64,000 bases of DNA from NCBI GenBank assembly GCA_051362555.1, contig CM120640.1, positions 27,118,503-27,182,502 on the forward strand, written 5' to 3'. Each line of letters starts with the position of its first letter. The first letter of the stretch is position 1. Origin of the DNA: Lingula anatina. Taxonomy: Eukaryota; Animalia; Brachiopoda. A program made the translations under genes and the position numbers. Below the pieces are notes generated by a model, which saw only the letters and a list, made by a program, of their open reading frames with translations, was not told where the DNA came from and did not search any database. Below, piece after piece: positions 1 through 15,300 of this stretch.

Positions 1-109
1 TGTTTTTCTACAAGTGAGTGTATAAGGTGAAAGATTTATTATATCCTAGGGGTTTCAGGTTATTGGTACCTTCATTGGTGACTTGCATCTGTGATTTTCA
101 TCTTTTCAG

Positions 110-1159
110 TGAAAGATTATAAAAGTTTGCCATTAGAGACTGCTGTGGGAATTGCAGTAGCAGTAGTGGTGTTGGTATTTATTGGTTTGGCAGTTTTTGT
201 GATTGTTTGGAGGTAAATCAATCACTATAGAGGATAAAATTTGATGTATGTTATTGGTGTGGAGTAAAACACTCCTTAAGACATTTTGCCACCTGCATTG
301 TAAAAGTAGTTTTGTATATTGTCTCATTAATGACACTCATGTTCTGCTGTCAGTTTTTGATCATCTTGTAAACATATGCAACATATTGTCTATGAAGATG
401 AGATCTGTAACAGTGATGGATTAAATTAAATCTAAATTTTCTGGAATATTATAGAGCTACAAAATGTCATTCAAAGTGTCAAATTTCTTGTTTAAAAGAT
501 TCCATTGCATCTGTTTGCTTTTTCTAGGAGAAGACGTCAGAAGCCAAAAAGAGATTCCCACAACATACCACTAACTAAGGTCCACAAAGAGAAAAACGGT
601 AACTTCTCTCAATTTGATCTATCCATATTTGTTCTCCACAAAGGTTGTATTGAATGGGTTAGATCTTGGAAGGCAATGTAGCACCTATTTCAGCACATTT
701 AATTTAATTGGTACAAAGTTTTATTTAAATAAATTCAGATTGATATTAGCTGAAGTCTGTACTTTATTTTTGTTCTTTTGACTTTTATTTAATTTTCATA
801 TTAGAATCCTATTCAGTATGAAAATGTTTAACTGTGTAATTGAGTACTTTTCCTTACATTTTTGCATCTGATTAAATTTCTTTATTGTGCACATAATCAT
901 TTTCAAAGATATCTTCCCCTGCCATTAACTCCTGCAGATTTTTCTTTATGTCTTCAGCAGTTAGAATTACACAAAATTGTATGATTTTTGCAATTGTCTG
1001 TTTTGTTATTTTTAAACACTACTTAAAGCTTATAAGTGTGAGATTCATTTATATTGTTGATTTGTAGAACAATTTCACCCAGCTGATCTAGTATTTCATA
1101 CTCAGTTTCAAAAAATTAGAATTTTGATTTTTATTGATTATCACTGCTTTTCATTTCGT

Positions 1160-1190
<31 letters not shown>

Positions 1191-2827
1191 TATTTTTCCC
1201 AAGCTGAAAAGATGATTGATTTTTTAAATGAATTTGAGTAAAAGAAAAACTATATATTTACTTTCTTTTTTTTAAAATGATCAGAAAAGGAAAGTAAATA
1301 TACAGATTCTTTTTTTTACTCAAATTCATGATTCATTGTGAAAAATCGATAGTGATCCTTAGTTGATTGACTTGAAGTTGTAAGGTGTAAATTGAATTGG
1401 GCTATTCTGTCTGTCTGTTTTTTTTATCTTTTAAATTTGATAGTGCTTAGTTTTTTCAAACATCATCCTGTCGTTTCCTGCATTTTTGTAGCTGTATATT
1501 TTTCTTGCCAGGGACGCTATAGAAAGGCTGCTGTGTATCAGTGTTAAAAATGTTTGCGTTCTATAATGTAAGCAGAGGGTCAGTTGGAAGAAACCTTTTC
1601 AAATACATAAGCCTCTGATGAAATGGTTTAATGTGATATCAAGGGTCTCTCAGGATACTTTGATGAGTTGGTGAATTGTTCACCTTGTTAGTACAATTTC
1701 ATGGACAAAGAGAGAATTGTTAAGAATATTGTGAACTTGATTGGTTTTTTAAGGTTATTGTAACCCTTTATTATCGTCCAGATACCAAAAATGAGTTTTT
1801 TCCTGCATCTAATAATTCAGTAATCCATCTATCTTTGTGCTGATTTAAAACAATGAAGAAACCCTTTATATTTTAATTTTATATTTTTTCGTTTTAGTGT
1901 ATTAGAAAAGCTTTAATCATCAATTTAACACCTTTCTATTTCTATTATGGGGCTTAATGTTATGGAGTTATGAGCCCCTAATTAAACAAAGGCATTATTT
2001 TGCTTTATCAATGATAAAATCTGAAATAAGAAAAAATAAAAAATAAGAAAAATCGCTGGCAGGGTTTTGGAGTACTAAATGGTGTCATTAAATCGACGTT
2101 TAAACTGTGATCGTGGGTGCTCAAGTAAAACAGATATTTGAGAAATCTTTACCCCAAAATCACAATTTTGACCGCACCTGTAAGATGACATGTGTAAATG
2201 TTAATAAATTTAGTCACTGAACACTGAAGATTTATTTATTTCCCAAAAGATTGTATGTAAGGCACTAAATAAGGAGTTTTGGGTGAAGGGTGACAATATC
2301 CTTAAGTCAAAGTACAGTTGAAAACCAAGGAGCAGATATGCCTGAAATATTAAGTTTGTGTCCATCAAAGTTCTACCTGAGAGACTTTTTTCATCATGTT
2401 TTCATTTCCAGCCTAACAAATAGGTACAGGGGGTGGGCATTTGAGTTGAAATTGGGTTGAAATTATAATTTTTCATCCTCCAACTTTACACCTTAGAGTT
2501 TAGAGCCCACAAAAATTTTACCATACTCCTAACCTCTTTTGCTTTTTGGTAATTGGTGCTTCTTTCATGCCTTTACAATCTGTTTAGATGTAGTTCCTGC
2601 TTCAAATGAAGCTGTCTCTGCTAGCTCTGAACTACACCAACCTCCTTCCACTCAAACTCCAGTTTACACTAAGCCAGGAATCCCACCAAAACCTGACCAG
2701 GCACCGTTGCTTATTCAAAATGGGAATGTTTCCAATCCCATCAGAGTGCAGGATCTTGCCACATTTGTTCAAGATGCCAAGAATTCTGGGTTGCTGGCAG
2801 AGGAATATGAGGTAAGATTTGAAAGGA

Positions 2828-2872
<45 letters not shown>

Positions 2873-3427
2873 TGCCATATAAGACACCAAAACAATAAAA
2901 ATTGTCTAGTTACATATGCATGCCATTAAAAAAATAATATATTACAATATTTATATGGAAAAGGATAACACTATGTCTTTAATGTGAGCTTTTTCCCATT
3001 GTTATTTGGTCATTTTCAGTCATTGCCTTCTGCACAAACTGCTTCTTGGGATGTTGCCAAAAAACCTGAGAACAAAAAGAAGAACCGCTACGCAAACATA
3101 GTTGCATGTAAGAAGATAACTCTTGACAAAGAATAATCTTATTTTCACCCCTTTCAATTACTTTTATTCCAATTGTCCATTTTAATTAAGACACGAAGAC
3201 TAAATTTTGTTTTTCATTCATTCAGAATAAAAAAATTAAAATATTAGTGAAAATTTAAAATATTTGGATGTTGTTTCAGATGACCACAGTAGGGTTGTCC
3301 TGTCTCAGTTGCCAGGAAATCCACACTCAGACTACATAAATGCATGTCACATGGATGTAAGTATACTGTTTTACTTTTGCCCACTTCCCAGGTCCTTTGT
3401 TATTTTTTTGTGATTTATGTGAAAAGG

Positions 3428-3461
<34 letters not shown>

Positions 3462-6400
3462 ATATGTTTTTACGAATATTTTATACAATAGATTGTATTT
3501 GCCATGTTCAATTTTTCTTTTTATTTCCAGGGTTACAAAAAGCCCAGCTACTTTATTGCTGCACAAGGTAACAACTGTAATCACAATTATATAAATTTAT
3601 GTAACATATAATATTGATGTGGAACATTGACTGTTGAAAAAAAAGAAACCTTTGAAATATAGAGCTTTTAAAACTGCTGTTGACGCATGGACTGTATCAA
3701 AAATAGAAGTAGGAGTTCTAGATGTTTTGCACCTCTGTAGCAATCATATCACAGCTTAAGGTATCTTGTTAGGTCACAATCTTCCATCCAATTTTTGTGA
3801 ACAGTTAACAGCATCACGGTGAGCTAGAAATAAATCCAGTTTTTTGTTTCACTTAGGTGCAATTGAAACAACCTTGGAAGATTTTTGGCGTATGATATGG
3901 GAAAAGGATGTTAATACCGTGGTCATGGTAACAAACTGTGTGGAAGATGGAAGGGTGAGTGTTATAATATTTATTTTCAGTAATTGATCTTATTGTGTTT
4001 GTGTGCGCGAGTGTGTGTGTGCATGCCCATGTGTGCGTGCCTGCTATCTCTTAGCCAAGTAAATGCTTGTCATATGGAGAGAGTCTGTTGGTACGTTCCC
4101 ATTGGATCCACCATTTTGTTATACACAATTATTTTGTATGATATTTTCTCAATATTATTTCCTTCTGCTACATTCTATGAAATTAGATTGTGTTTGTTTT
4201 GTTCAGATTTGTGCATCAGTGATTTGATACCATTTATATTAATGGAGCATTCTTGAAATGTATATAATTGTCAGTTTATGATGTATCAAAACAATATGTA
4301 AGCTACCAGAGATTGTTTTATGATTTTTTTTTTCTCAACAGAGAAAATGTGAGAAGTACTGGCCAGACACAGTACAGAGCTATGGAATGTTTACAGTGCA
4401 GTTAGAGAAGGCAGAAGAACTGGCAGAGTACACCATAAGAACCTTTTCTTTATATTTGGTTAGTTTGATTTCCAAAAAGTAGCATATAGGAGTGGAGTGC
4501 AAAATACATATTTATATTAGGGCCATTTCAAAGCGATGCAGTGTTTTGTAACAATTTTCCCCATTTTAAACAATTTCAAGGCTATCTGTTTTTCCAAGTT
4601 CAGACCTATTTAACAATAAAACCCCTAAAATTAAATAAAATTTCAGTTAGATATACCTTTAAGTTTTAGGTGTAAATTTGTTTATTGATTGATTTGATTA
4701 TTATTTTTAGCATTTTTTATGAATTGAAATGTGAAATAAAGAGCTGAACCTGTGTGCATGGTTTGAATTTAGAACTTGAATAAAATAACATGCTAGATAC
4801 AAAAGAAGCTGTTGAATAAAAGAAGGCAGATATAATCTCTTCATAAATTTGGTAACTGTAGACATTGCAATGTTAGCTTTTTTTTGTAATGTACCTTTTT
4901 GTGTTAAAATGGGAATGACTTTTTTCTGTTAGCTATCTGTATGTTCATGCTGTGTATAGTTTTATACTCAAAGACCTGGTTATGATTTGAAACAGATATA
5001 TCCCACACATTGATAATTTGTTTATATTTTTAACCTAGACTGAAAACCCAAAGACTACCCGCACAGTGACGCAATTTCATTTCACATCATGGCCAGACCA
5101 TGGAGTTCCGATGTATGCCACCTCTGTTCTGCAGTTTCACAAACGTGTAAAGATTTTCTGTGCCCAGATGCCAGGACCTGTCATGGTTCACTGCAGGTAG
5201 TAATCAATTAATTTTAGTATAGACATTGAAGGATTTATCTGTACATAAAGCCGTCATCTGTATCTGTTGGTGTTAGCACCATATGCTTTTCATGCTGCAA
5301 CAGTAACTGGACTATGTAACAGTCTTTACATTTTTTAAACTGTCTAGGGTTAAAATTGCAGAAGCTTAAAAAGAAGTCTGTATAAGATTGTATGTTAAAA
5401 AGTTTCTTTTTTTTTCTTTTTTTTTTGTACCTTTTAGCATGGAATTTTCTTATTTCAACCTAATTACTACATCTGGATAACTAATATCCTGATTTGCTTC
5501 AAACATTTTAGGTCTGCATGTTTTCATTGAATTCCCTGTAGTTATACCAGTTTGACAGTTTGAATTTTGGATGTTATATATATAACTGAATTTAGCTGTG
5601 GCTACGTTTCCTGGTGAATTTTTCCAGTGCTGGAGTTGGTCGCACTGGGACTTTCATCTTGTTGGACATCATTCTTGACCAAGCTCAAGAAGAAAAAACA
5701 GTGGACATTCTTGGTCAGTTGATGAAGATGAGGCAGCAGAGAGTTAATATGATACAGACATTGGTAAGAAAAGAATGGATGTTTTAGAGTTTTGTTAATA
5801 CTTTTAGTACTTGAGTGATTAAGCATGAACTGTTCTCAACATATTGTTACAGTTGTTAATATTTCTTGAGAACAAAAATTATTAAAATTTCACATTTTAG
5901 AGTTTTTGCCATCCTTGTGTGTTTGAGTGTCATTGAAATACTTATTTAATCAAGGTAAAGGAGAATGAGATAGAATAATTGTTTTCAGGATCAGTATCTA
6001 TTTGTGTATGATGCAGTGGTTGAATCAGCTATCTGTGGAGATACCTTCATTCCAACTGATCGCTTTAGTCAAGCATTTAACAAACTGTGCAAGATCAATG
6101 CAGTGACAAGAACTGCTGGACTTGAAGTGGAGTATGGGGTAAGCTATGAAATCAGTTATTTTGAGATAAATCACTAAAATTTCACCTACTGCACCTAATG
6201 CAGCAACATGTTTGAAAGTTCACAATAGATCGAAGAAATTATGTACTGTTCATCTGTTGAAATGTCATTGTTGCAGTGACACTGATATACATTTGTCACT
6301 ATGTAAAGGTGCATTTTTTTAAAAAGTGAAATATAAAATTTGTAAATATTTCAATTCGAAATAATTTATGATTGCGTTTTATATTGCAGACCTTGTGCAA

Positions 6401-9155
6401 AATTTCCCCAGTTTTAAAAATTGCTGATTGTCAGGACTCACAACTTCCTGAAAACAGCAAAAAGAACCGCTTTCCCAGTATAATTCCCCGTAAGTTTTTT
6501 TCCTGAAATGACTCTCCAAAGGTGGAACTTTAAAAACATTTTAAGTGGAAAATAGAAATGTTTAAAGAAATAGTAAAGAAGAGATATTTATGTGTTGGAG
6601 ACTTCTTCGGCATGATAACCTATTCAGCATAACAGATGTTTCAACTTAGTTTCTCTTATTGCAGCTGACACTTCTCGCCCTTTTCTTAGCCCGAGAGTAG
6701 ATGGAACAAATTATATCAATGCAGTGTTTGTAGATGTAAGTTTTAAGATTTTTTTTACATTTTAAATGTTTTAAGGATTCTGTTTACAGTTTGAAATCCA
6801 ATAACATTACCCCTGCTTAGAAAACTGGAATTTCCCAGTTGATCCATTTATTTATAGGGTTGATCTTCTTAAATTCCCACATCTTCATTGTGTTAAAAAT
6901 ATCCTACTTTCACATAGGACACTTGCATTTTTTTTCACTCTGAAAAAAAAAACATCTGCTATCTACAACAGTATAATTTTATATATTTAGAAAAAACAAA
7001 TTATGGACCAGGGGTAAAATAAGGTCATAGCATTGTAGTTAGTTGTGCAAGGACAAACAGGTTCAGGAGTATTTGTCACATTCTCTTCAATTTTATGGGA
7101 CAGTTGTAGTCGTGACTGCCCCGTAAAATTAAAGAAAAAAAAGATAATTGAGGTAAAACATTCTTCACTCAGGTTGCTTTTGGTAAGATTGTATTATGCC
7201 CAAAAAGTGTCAGCACAGTCATAACTCATTAAAAAATAAGTCGATCCATATTAAGTGGGATTTGGTGTAATTCTGATTTTTTATTTCAGGGTTACAGACA
7301 GCGTAATGCATTCATAGTTACACAGATGCCTTTGTCCCATACAGTGGTAGATTTCTGGCGCATGATCTGGGATCATGACTCATTTTCTATTGTTATGCTA
7401 AATGAACCTGATGAAGATGAGGTACATGATTTTTTGCTTTTTTTTGTGAAAAATACCTTTATTGTATTTTTTGATATATATTGATTTTATGGTATTTGTT
7501 TTGCAAATTGGCCTTGGGTGCATTTCATTTTGAAAACTGATCACTCTGATTAAGCATCTAATAAATGCACCTTATAATGTGATATCATTTTTGAAATTGT
7601 ATATTTATACACTTAAAAGTCTTCTCTTTTCAACCACCTCCCTTTCTCTCTTTCATTGTTGGATCATCATAGACTTGTGCCATATATTGGCCTGCAGATG
7701 GCAGTAGCATCAGTCATGGTCCATTCACAGTTCAGCACAAGTCCAGCCAGCTAGTCATTGATGACTCCATTCGATTGATCACTTTACAGCTGAGTACTTA
7801 TAACAAGGTTAGTAAGGATGAATAAGGGTGGAAAAAATATGAAAAAGCAGACAAGTGAGAATATACAAATGTGTCAAATAAGTTATCTGTTATGGAAAAT
7901 TGAGATAGTACATGATAGACAAGTCGAGCAAACAATGTGGAATGTCAGTCTTTCATATTACTTCATTTCTATTTATGTATATTGTACCATGGTACAGTAC
8001 CTGGTACAGTTACTGGTGGTACAGTACCTGGTGGGGGTTTTGCCCCTCTGATCCTCTAGTTATGTAAACATTTTCCATGTCCTCCATAGTGAAAATACCT
8101 TATTAACTAAAATTTACTCTTTTTTAGTTCAAGAGTGAAGATGTGCGGACCATCAGATTGTTCCAATTTCTGTCATGGCCTCAGGGACGCTATGAGCCCA
8201 CCAATGGGTTAGCACTGATCGAGCTTCTTGATCAGGTGGAAAGATGGCAACAGAAGACTGGGAACAAACCAGTCACAGTGCACTGTCTGTAAGTCAACTT
8301 TAAAAAATGTCTACAATAAAAAGTTATGAATATGGCTTCAATTATGTGTATGTGTTATGAATAAAGGGTTGCATTTGACATGAAACAGGTTAACTAGGTT
8401 CTATTTTACAATCCAGAGGGTCAGATAGCAGTCAGGTATTAAGTTTTGAATTTAAATGTTGGGGCTTTAAGTGTGACATATCAAAGTAAATATAGCAATA
8501 TGAATGCCTGCACTTTAATGCAAGACTCTAAGGTTTTAAAAGAGTAAATCCAGTTATTCACTTAAAAAACTCACATATATTTATTTACAGTGATGTTTCT
8601 GTTCCTGATGATTTCTCTTCGTTTCTAGGGATGGTTCCACAAAGAGTGGGGTGTATGTAACGGTCAGCTGTGTGGTGGACAAGGTCAAGCTGGAGCAAGG
8701 TGTTGATGTGTTCCATGTAGTGAAGAATGTCCGCATCAACAGACCACAATTCATTGCTAATATTGTAAGTATATTGAAATGCACTTTATAAAGTTTTTTC
8801 TTAGAAATGAATTTAGAAACAATTTATTTGATCTTTTGTGTTACATGTTAATATATGGTTGGCTATCTATGCTACATCTACTAACAAAAAGGTAATTATA
8901 ATTTACTTTTTTAATTACTTTATTTATAATACTTTGGTAGTAGCTGTGACTTCATTTCATCAGTAAATCATTTTGTATTTCTTAATATTTGCTTGTATCT
9001 TATGTTCTTAATTACAAGATATTTTTACATAGTAATGTATCACTTCATAACTAACCCTAAAACTTCATTTTCAGGAGCAGTATGACTTCTGCTACACTTT
9101 TGCCAAACTGTATCTAGATTCATTTGAGAACTACTCAAATTTTCAAATTCGCTAA
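110..9155 (+). CDS. Receptor-type protein tyrosine phosphatase, tandem D1/D2 domains (5' part outside window); PTPRA/E-like C-terminus
   Basis: About 18 GT-AG exons, e.g. 110-212 (TM: [25 protein letters not shown]), 528-598, 2588-2811, 3020-3107, 3857-3954, 5039-5196, 5628-5763, 8129-8288, 9075-9155. D1 motifs [44 protein letters not shown]2 motifs [28 protein letters not shown]. Ends [14 protein letters not shown]. Confidence 0.95.
1753..2301. mobile_element. TTAA-flanked non-autonomous DNA transposon (Kolobok-like MITE), copy 1
   Basis: TTAA at 1749-1752 and 2302-2305. Imperfect TIR ggttattgtaaccctt / aagggtgacaatatcc. Internal sequence is clearly homologous to 28411-29060. Confidence 0.8.
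2830..2872. repeat. (TAA)n microsatellite
   Basis: Direct reading, intronic. Confidence 0.95.
3429..3460. repeat. (TG)n microsatellite
   Basis: Direct reading, intronic. Confidence 0.95.
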
Positions 9156-12100
9156 AATGTGCCAAAAGTGGAACTGCTGATAAGCTGAAAAAAAGTGCAA
9201 ATATGGAACCTTTGCCATAAAAACAAAGGCTGATAATTGGTACTTGTACTAAGGGTCCAACCTTATCTTTGAAGTATCTTCCAGATGGACAATTTTGTGT
9301 TGGCTACAAAGAAAAATTTGCAGAAGAGAAATTTCATTAAGGTCCTCAACAATTTCAGATTACCATATTTGAAAAGTTTTATTATTACAAGCATTGATTT
9401 TACTTTCACATTTATAGCATTTGTTCAGAAGTAGTCCCATGGCATAAAAGCATACAAAATGCCTCTGAGGTATTAGAAGAGGTTACTTTTATAGAAAATG
9501 GTACTTAGTGATAACCGTAAGATTTAAGGCAAGAAGAGACGGATAAATTGCCTCTTGAATTATCTTAATGTGACACATAGTCACAAACTTTTTATATGCA
9601 TTGTATAACTTGTTAGGGAGAAAGGTTTGAATTGCTCTTGAAAGAAATGCTATTATTGTAATTTTTGTGATCACTATCTTAAAATTTACAATTATTTTTT
9701 AATGTTTATGATTATCATAACATATTGAAATGTTCCAAAGCTTTTGTATTTTGTCAGTTTAATACAAAAATATATGTGATATTGGATAAAAATATTTGTA
9801 GCTGGGCTACCATTCCACAATTACATTCAGTCAAATGTTAGTCCTAAGCTTTAAGGTAAAAGACATTCAGTTTTTGACTATGAATTCAGCAACTTTGGTG
9901 AAGCAACTTGAACTGTTGACAAATGGCACAAAATTTTGATCAAATATTGCTTCATTATTGTCAAATTCTTTTGAACTTGCCTATACTATCAATAATATTG
10001 CCTGTATCATCAAGAATGTTGTACAGAAATGAAATTAGTAGTGATATCACAAACATGCATAGCACAAACATAGTGTGATATTTCAGGCATTTATTAGACC
10101 ATAAACTATAACTGGGCAACCAGTATGTGTATATTTGATATTAATGTACCAAATATTATATTTTTTTCAAGTCAAGATTGATTCTGCCAAATAATATTCC
10201 CAGCATTTATTTAAAGGTATATTTGGTTGATAACTAACTTTATATGTTTTATAAATATTGGTCTAGCATGGAGTTGTCTTTTATAACAAATTGGAATTTA
10301 TAAACCCCCAGTTTTATTGAAGAATTGAGCCCAAAACGGATATAGAATTGCTTTACATGTGTTTTTATATTAAGGTGCTGCCATAAAACTTTCAATTGAT
10401 AAAAACATTCATCAGTGTATTCTAATAAAAATGATGTTGTAATAATTGTACAAGAAATTTTTTTGTAGACATTAGATATTATTTTTATACCCTTATTAGA
10501 ATTTTATATTGAAATGGTAATGATAGGTTTAGTATTAAAAAAGTAATCATGCTTATCAAAATTTAAAATGGTGGCCATTTTGTATAATTTTAGTTAATAT
10601 AGGCCAGGCTGAGTATTGCTTTATAGTGTGCTTTTAAGGTGTGTGTATCTTTTATTATTATTATTATTATTATTTTGTTATTATTTATTTTATTTATTTA
10701 TTTATTTATTTATTTTTTATTTTTTTGTATTCCGGTGCCAAAGAAAGCTTGATGAGGATGAGTGCTTTTAGCTTTATTTAAACTGTAAAAATAACTTTTT
10801 TTACTTAAGGATGTACGTTTTTTGCTATCACACTGAAAACTTTTTAAATCACCTTTTACTAAACCAGAATTAGGAAGGTCAGGTTTGTGGTGTATCTTCA
10901 TCCAGTATTTGTGATTTTAATGGTGCTATGCACATTGTGCCTGAAAAGTTATATTTTGCATGTTGTTAAAATGTTTTTTTGTCTTTGCTACATCAGTTTG
11001 TGTATTGTTTGTTTTGATAAGGTTCCCAAAAAGACATTCCTTGAGACTTAATATAAAAGGTGTTCCTGCAAATAATGAAGCTCACATGTTAATTACCACA
11101 CAATTGAATTGGTAGCTTGATATGCTTTAGTTATTGTAAAATTCTTGAAAAACATCCTTGTATTTTGTGAAGTCATAAATAGATTCCAAAACTATATAGA
11201 GGAGGCACAACACATTTGGGTGCATTTTTCTGAATCTCTTTAGCTCTTGAGCTTAACATAGCAGAAGTATCTGTAATATTTTAACAGAATAAGCATGACA
11301 GATCAAGGGAGGAAAATTGGGGGGTGGGGTTGATTTTAACAAATTGAAGTGAGTTTATTGATACAGGATGTTTTTACATAAAAAATATCCATAGTATTTT
11401 CAACAGAGCAGTTTAATGGTAGTTCTTATATTCTGTGCATGTCTTATTTTATACATTACTTGTATATGCTTTAAAATACAGTTTTTGTAATGTAAACTCT
11501 CCTCTATATTCTGAATAAAGTAATATTTCAAATTATTTGGTCACATATAAACACTTTGGTACATGAATGGTGAATAAACACAAAGGAAGGCAAAGTTTAA
11601 GATTTGATATATTATTAAATGCATATATAGCACACACAAAATACACAGAAAAAAGCTTTTGAAGTTTTATTAACACAATTTAATGTCTACTCTTGGTTCT
11701 TTTACTACACATTAAGGCCAACTGCATGTTCACAGTATACACGACTTACTAATTTCTGTAATTCTATAAAATTTAGTTTCATCCCATTGTTTATGCCTTT
11801 AAGCAGATACTAAGGATTTTTTATTTGATGCCCGTAGTACTAGTGAAATGGGAATATTACAGTATTATCTGAGGAGTTTTAAATGTAAAATCGGTACATG
11901 TGTCAAGTTGTGGTAAGGAAGAATAATCACATTATCATAATTATATGTTAAATGTAGAAACTTCAAATTTAAATCTTAATCTTCATAAACATGACCATTC
12001 CTTTGCTCTGAGTTTAACTTCACATGTTTGCAGGACTTTCTATGCATTACCTTTTTCATTTACCAGAGGGACCTTTCAGAATATAGAGGGCACATTTGCC

Positions 12101-12339
12101 ACCTATAAAACTGTCCTTACTAACTCTCCTGTTATATAATTTTAATTCAAAAACAAAATACCCTTCTTTTACTGATAGTCACTGTGTGACCTATGTTTAT
12201 AGCTGAATGATAACTGAACGGACAAAACAACAAGCGTAACAAGCAAGTGTGTGAGAGGAAAACATTGACTGCCACTGAATAAAAGAATTGATGTAGAATG
12301 CTGTGAATCTTGTTTCAGAATAAAGACCTTTGTTAAGTT

Positions 12340-15300
12340 TCATTTTCCTTTCATATTCTGTTTACTGGCTTCCCTTCTCCTCTTGTTCATAGGATTTCTT
12401 GGATCAAAGATTTCATAGCGTTCAGAATCGTCTACATTTGCATCTAGTACTTTCCCAGATTTGTCCTCAAACTCCAACTTGTGACCTAGCCTGGAAAAGG
12501 AAATTTCGTTTTTAATTTTTGTATCAATTTCCAAAAAAATAAAAAGTAATACAGCTAAAAAAATACTTACATTCAAAGTAAAGCATGATGTAAATCAGAT
12601 CTAAATCAACTGAATTATATCTATATAGTCATGAATGTATTAGAAGAAATTTTTCAGACTTGTTCAGTTATTTTTGAAAGAACACTGTATACAGTCTATT
12701 ACTGCATGTGCTTACTCACCAGGAGATGTCACTGTCATCCTCTTCTTGTTCTTCTTCTTCTCCTTCAATACTTGATTTACTTTTTGTTTTGTCCATTGAT
12801 ATAGCTTCATGGAGTTTATTTTGGAATTTAGCCAATAAGGCAAGAGTCTGTTCCTCTCTTCCAGCTCCCCTTTTAGGTTGAGTTTTCTTTCTTTCTTTAT
12901 ATTTCTGTCTCTCTTGTTTGAATTCTACCAAAGCAGGATCTTCTGCTTTCTTATCTTCAAAAATAAAATTAAAATGGAATAAATTAAGTGGAGATACAAT
13001 ACCATGAAGATCTACATTAAACTTTTTACATCAATAAGACATATTGCCCATAACTTTACACTCACCTATTCTTAAAAACACAAATATTCTACAGTGATAT
13101 CAATATAAGCAGTAATAAAAATTACTTCAATACAACAGATTGCTGGATGCCACTATTTACAACGGCCTGTATTTACAACCATCAGTTTAATTCATTAGAG
13201 AATTCTCAGTCTACCTGTATTTTCATCTTTATTATTTGGATGTGACTCTTTTTCTTTCCTCTGCTTTGCTTCAAGAAGTTGTTTCTTCAATTCTCGTACT
13301 TCTTTTCTGAGCTCTTCACTGAAATGGTCACCACACCATACATAGTATAAACAGATAAACTGATGAAGTCAGTATTTAGGCACTTCTATGCACTGCAAAA
13401 CTGAGCCCCATTTCACTTTACTGCACTGTCTCTCATCAGTCAGTAATATACATTAAGATAACTCTGTGGTGGTTTTGACAGTTTCTGAGATTTAATAATG
13501 GGATTTCTTGATCTATCAATCAAACTGCCACTATATGCAGAAGAGAAGTTGTTTCAATGCTTGACTGCTTACTATAGAGTCTGAGGGTTCCACATTATAA
13601 TTAGCAGGTTGCAGAGGGGAACACTAGATACAAAACCTGATATGCACCTTCTAGATGTTTTCTTCTCCACTTCTGGTTCTTCTTGGTGCTCTATTTCAAC
13701 TTTGGTTTCTTTTTTTAACTTCTTCATTATTTTGTCCTTTGATCCATGCTCTTTATCAGTTTCAGTATTCTGCCAAAACAAAATATAGTAGAATGATAGT
13801 CTGTACTTATAATTGAAGGAACAAAGAAGGCTTTGTCTGAGTTGACACATGAAAAAAAAAAATGAAGAAATATTTCTTTTTATAGGGAATAATTCTGATC
13901 AAATTTCAGCAACATTTCTTCAAGGCTATACTTACACTACTGCTTTCATCATCTGATATGCTTTTCCTCTTGCCTGAACTTGAATCTTCCTCCTTGTCTA
14001 TCACTGTTACTGCACTGAGGGTAGGGTCATCAAAGTCATGCATGCTTTTACTTTTACTCTTGATTTCCTAAACAAAATCATACAATTCAATTTTTTAGCT
14101 ACTTAGTATGTGATCTATATTTAAAAATCTATAGAAGGCAGAAAATATTTGTTTTTTGGGGGAAATTATTTCCTCAAAAGTTAAATACAAAGATGGCTAG
14201 ATAATAAATTTAATATTTTCATTGGAAAGAAGTTGTAAAATAAACTAAAAACAAAGGAAAATCATGCAAAGGCCACCAATCATCTATTATTGAAGGTTAA
14301 AGAGAAGTGTATAAGGGAATATCTCACCTTAGATGCCATTTCTACTTCTTGCTCATCTTCCTCGGCCTCTTCACCAAATGAAAGTAACTTGAAATTCCTG
14401 CAATAGCACAATTTCTATCTGTTAATCACAATAAAATGTAACCTTAATCATTTAAAGCTTCTTTTCAATTGGAAAATGAAAAAATATAAAGTTAAAAGGT
14501 GTTAAAATACTATTATTATGTAGGGTCCAATAAAATTCCACAAAACCTACTTAGTAGCTTTTGATTTGCTTTTCTTTTTCTGGACATCTTTTTCTTCATC
14601 CTTTTTTGCCCTCTTTGGTAGTGATCTTGGCAAAATATCATCATAAGGATTGGAAAGGATCTGTAAACCAGAATTTGAAAAGATTTTTTTTCACTTATGA
14701 ATACACTGATATAAAACAAAATGCAAGATAATCTTTATCGTGTCATATCATATAAGTTTACATTAATCTGTCCAACTCACCTCTGTTTTTATAATTTTAT
14801 GTGGATATAAAGGTCTTTCATTTTGATCAGTTTCTGTTTCTGCCAACTTAAGCATGTTGTATATAGTGTTGCCTGCTACCTACATAAGAAAAAGCATGGT
14901 CATTTTTACAAGATATATGTATATATGTTAAATTCATCTCTATATGAATCACAGTGTCTTGTGGTTAAAAAAAAGAAGAAAGAAGTTCATTGTTTATGAT
15001 ATTTACAAATTTACAAAAGCAAGGATATGAACTGGACTGTATAACACTGTATGAAATAATGCATACCTTTCCAAAGATAGTATGTTTATTGTGCAACTCT
15101 GGTGTTGCTTCCAAAGTAAAAAAGAACTGACTCCCATTGTCATTTTTCCCTGCATTGGCCATGGCCACCAAGCCACGTCTTTTGAACTGGAGTCTCTGAT
15201 GAAACTCATCCTGGTATACAAAGAAAATATAGAAACCAGAGTCTCAGTGTGATTAATAATTTCTTTTACTGGTTGTGATCACTATTTAATAGGTATAAAT

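Noticed and set aside
2632-3594. ORFs with poly-Leu and CV/HT repeats
   Set aside because: Translation artefacts of (TAA)n and (TG)n microsatellites; the same applies to the YI-repeat ORF at 22946-23161.
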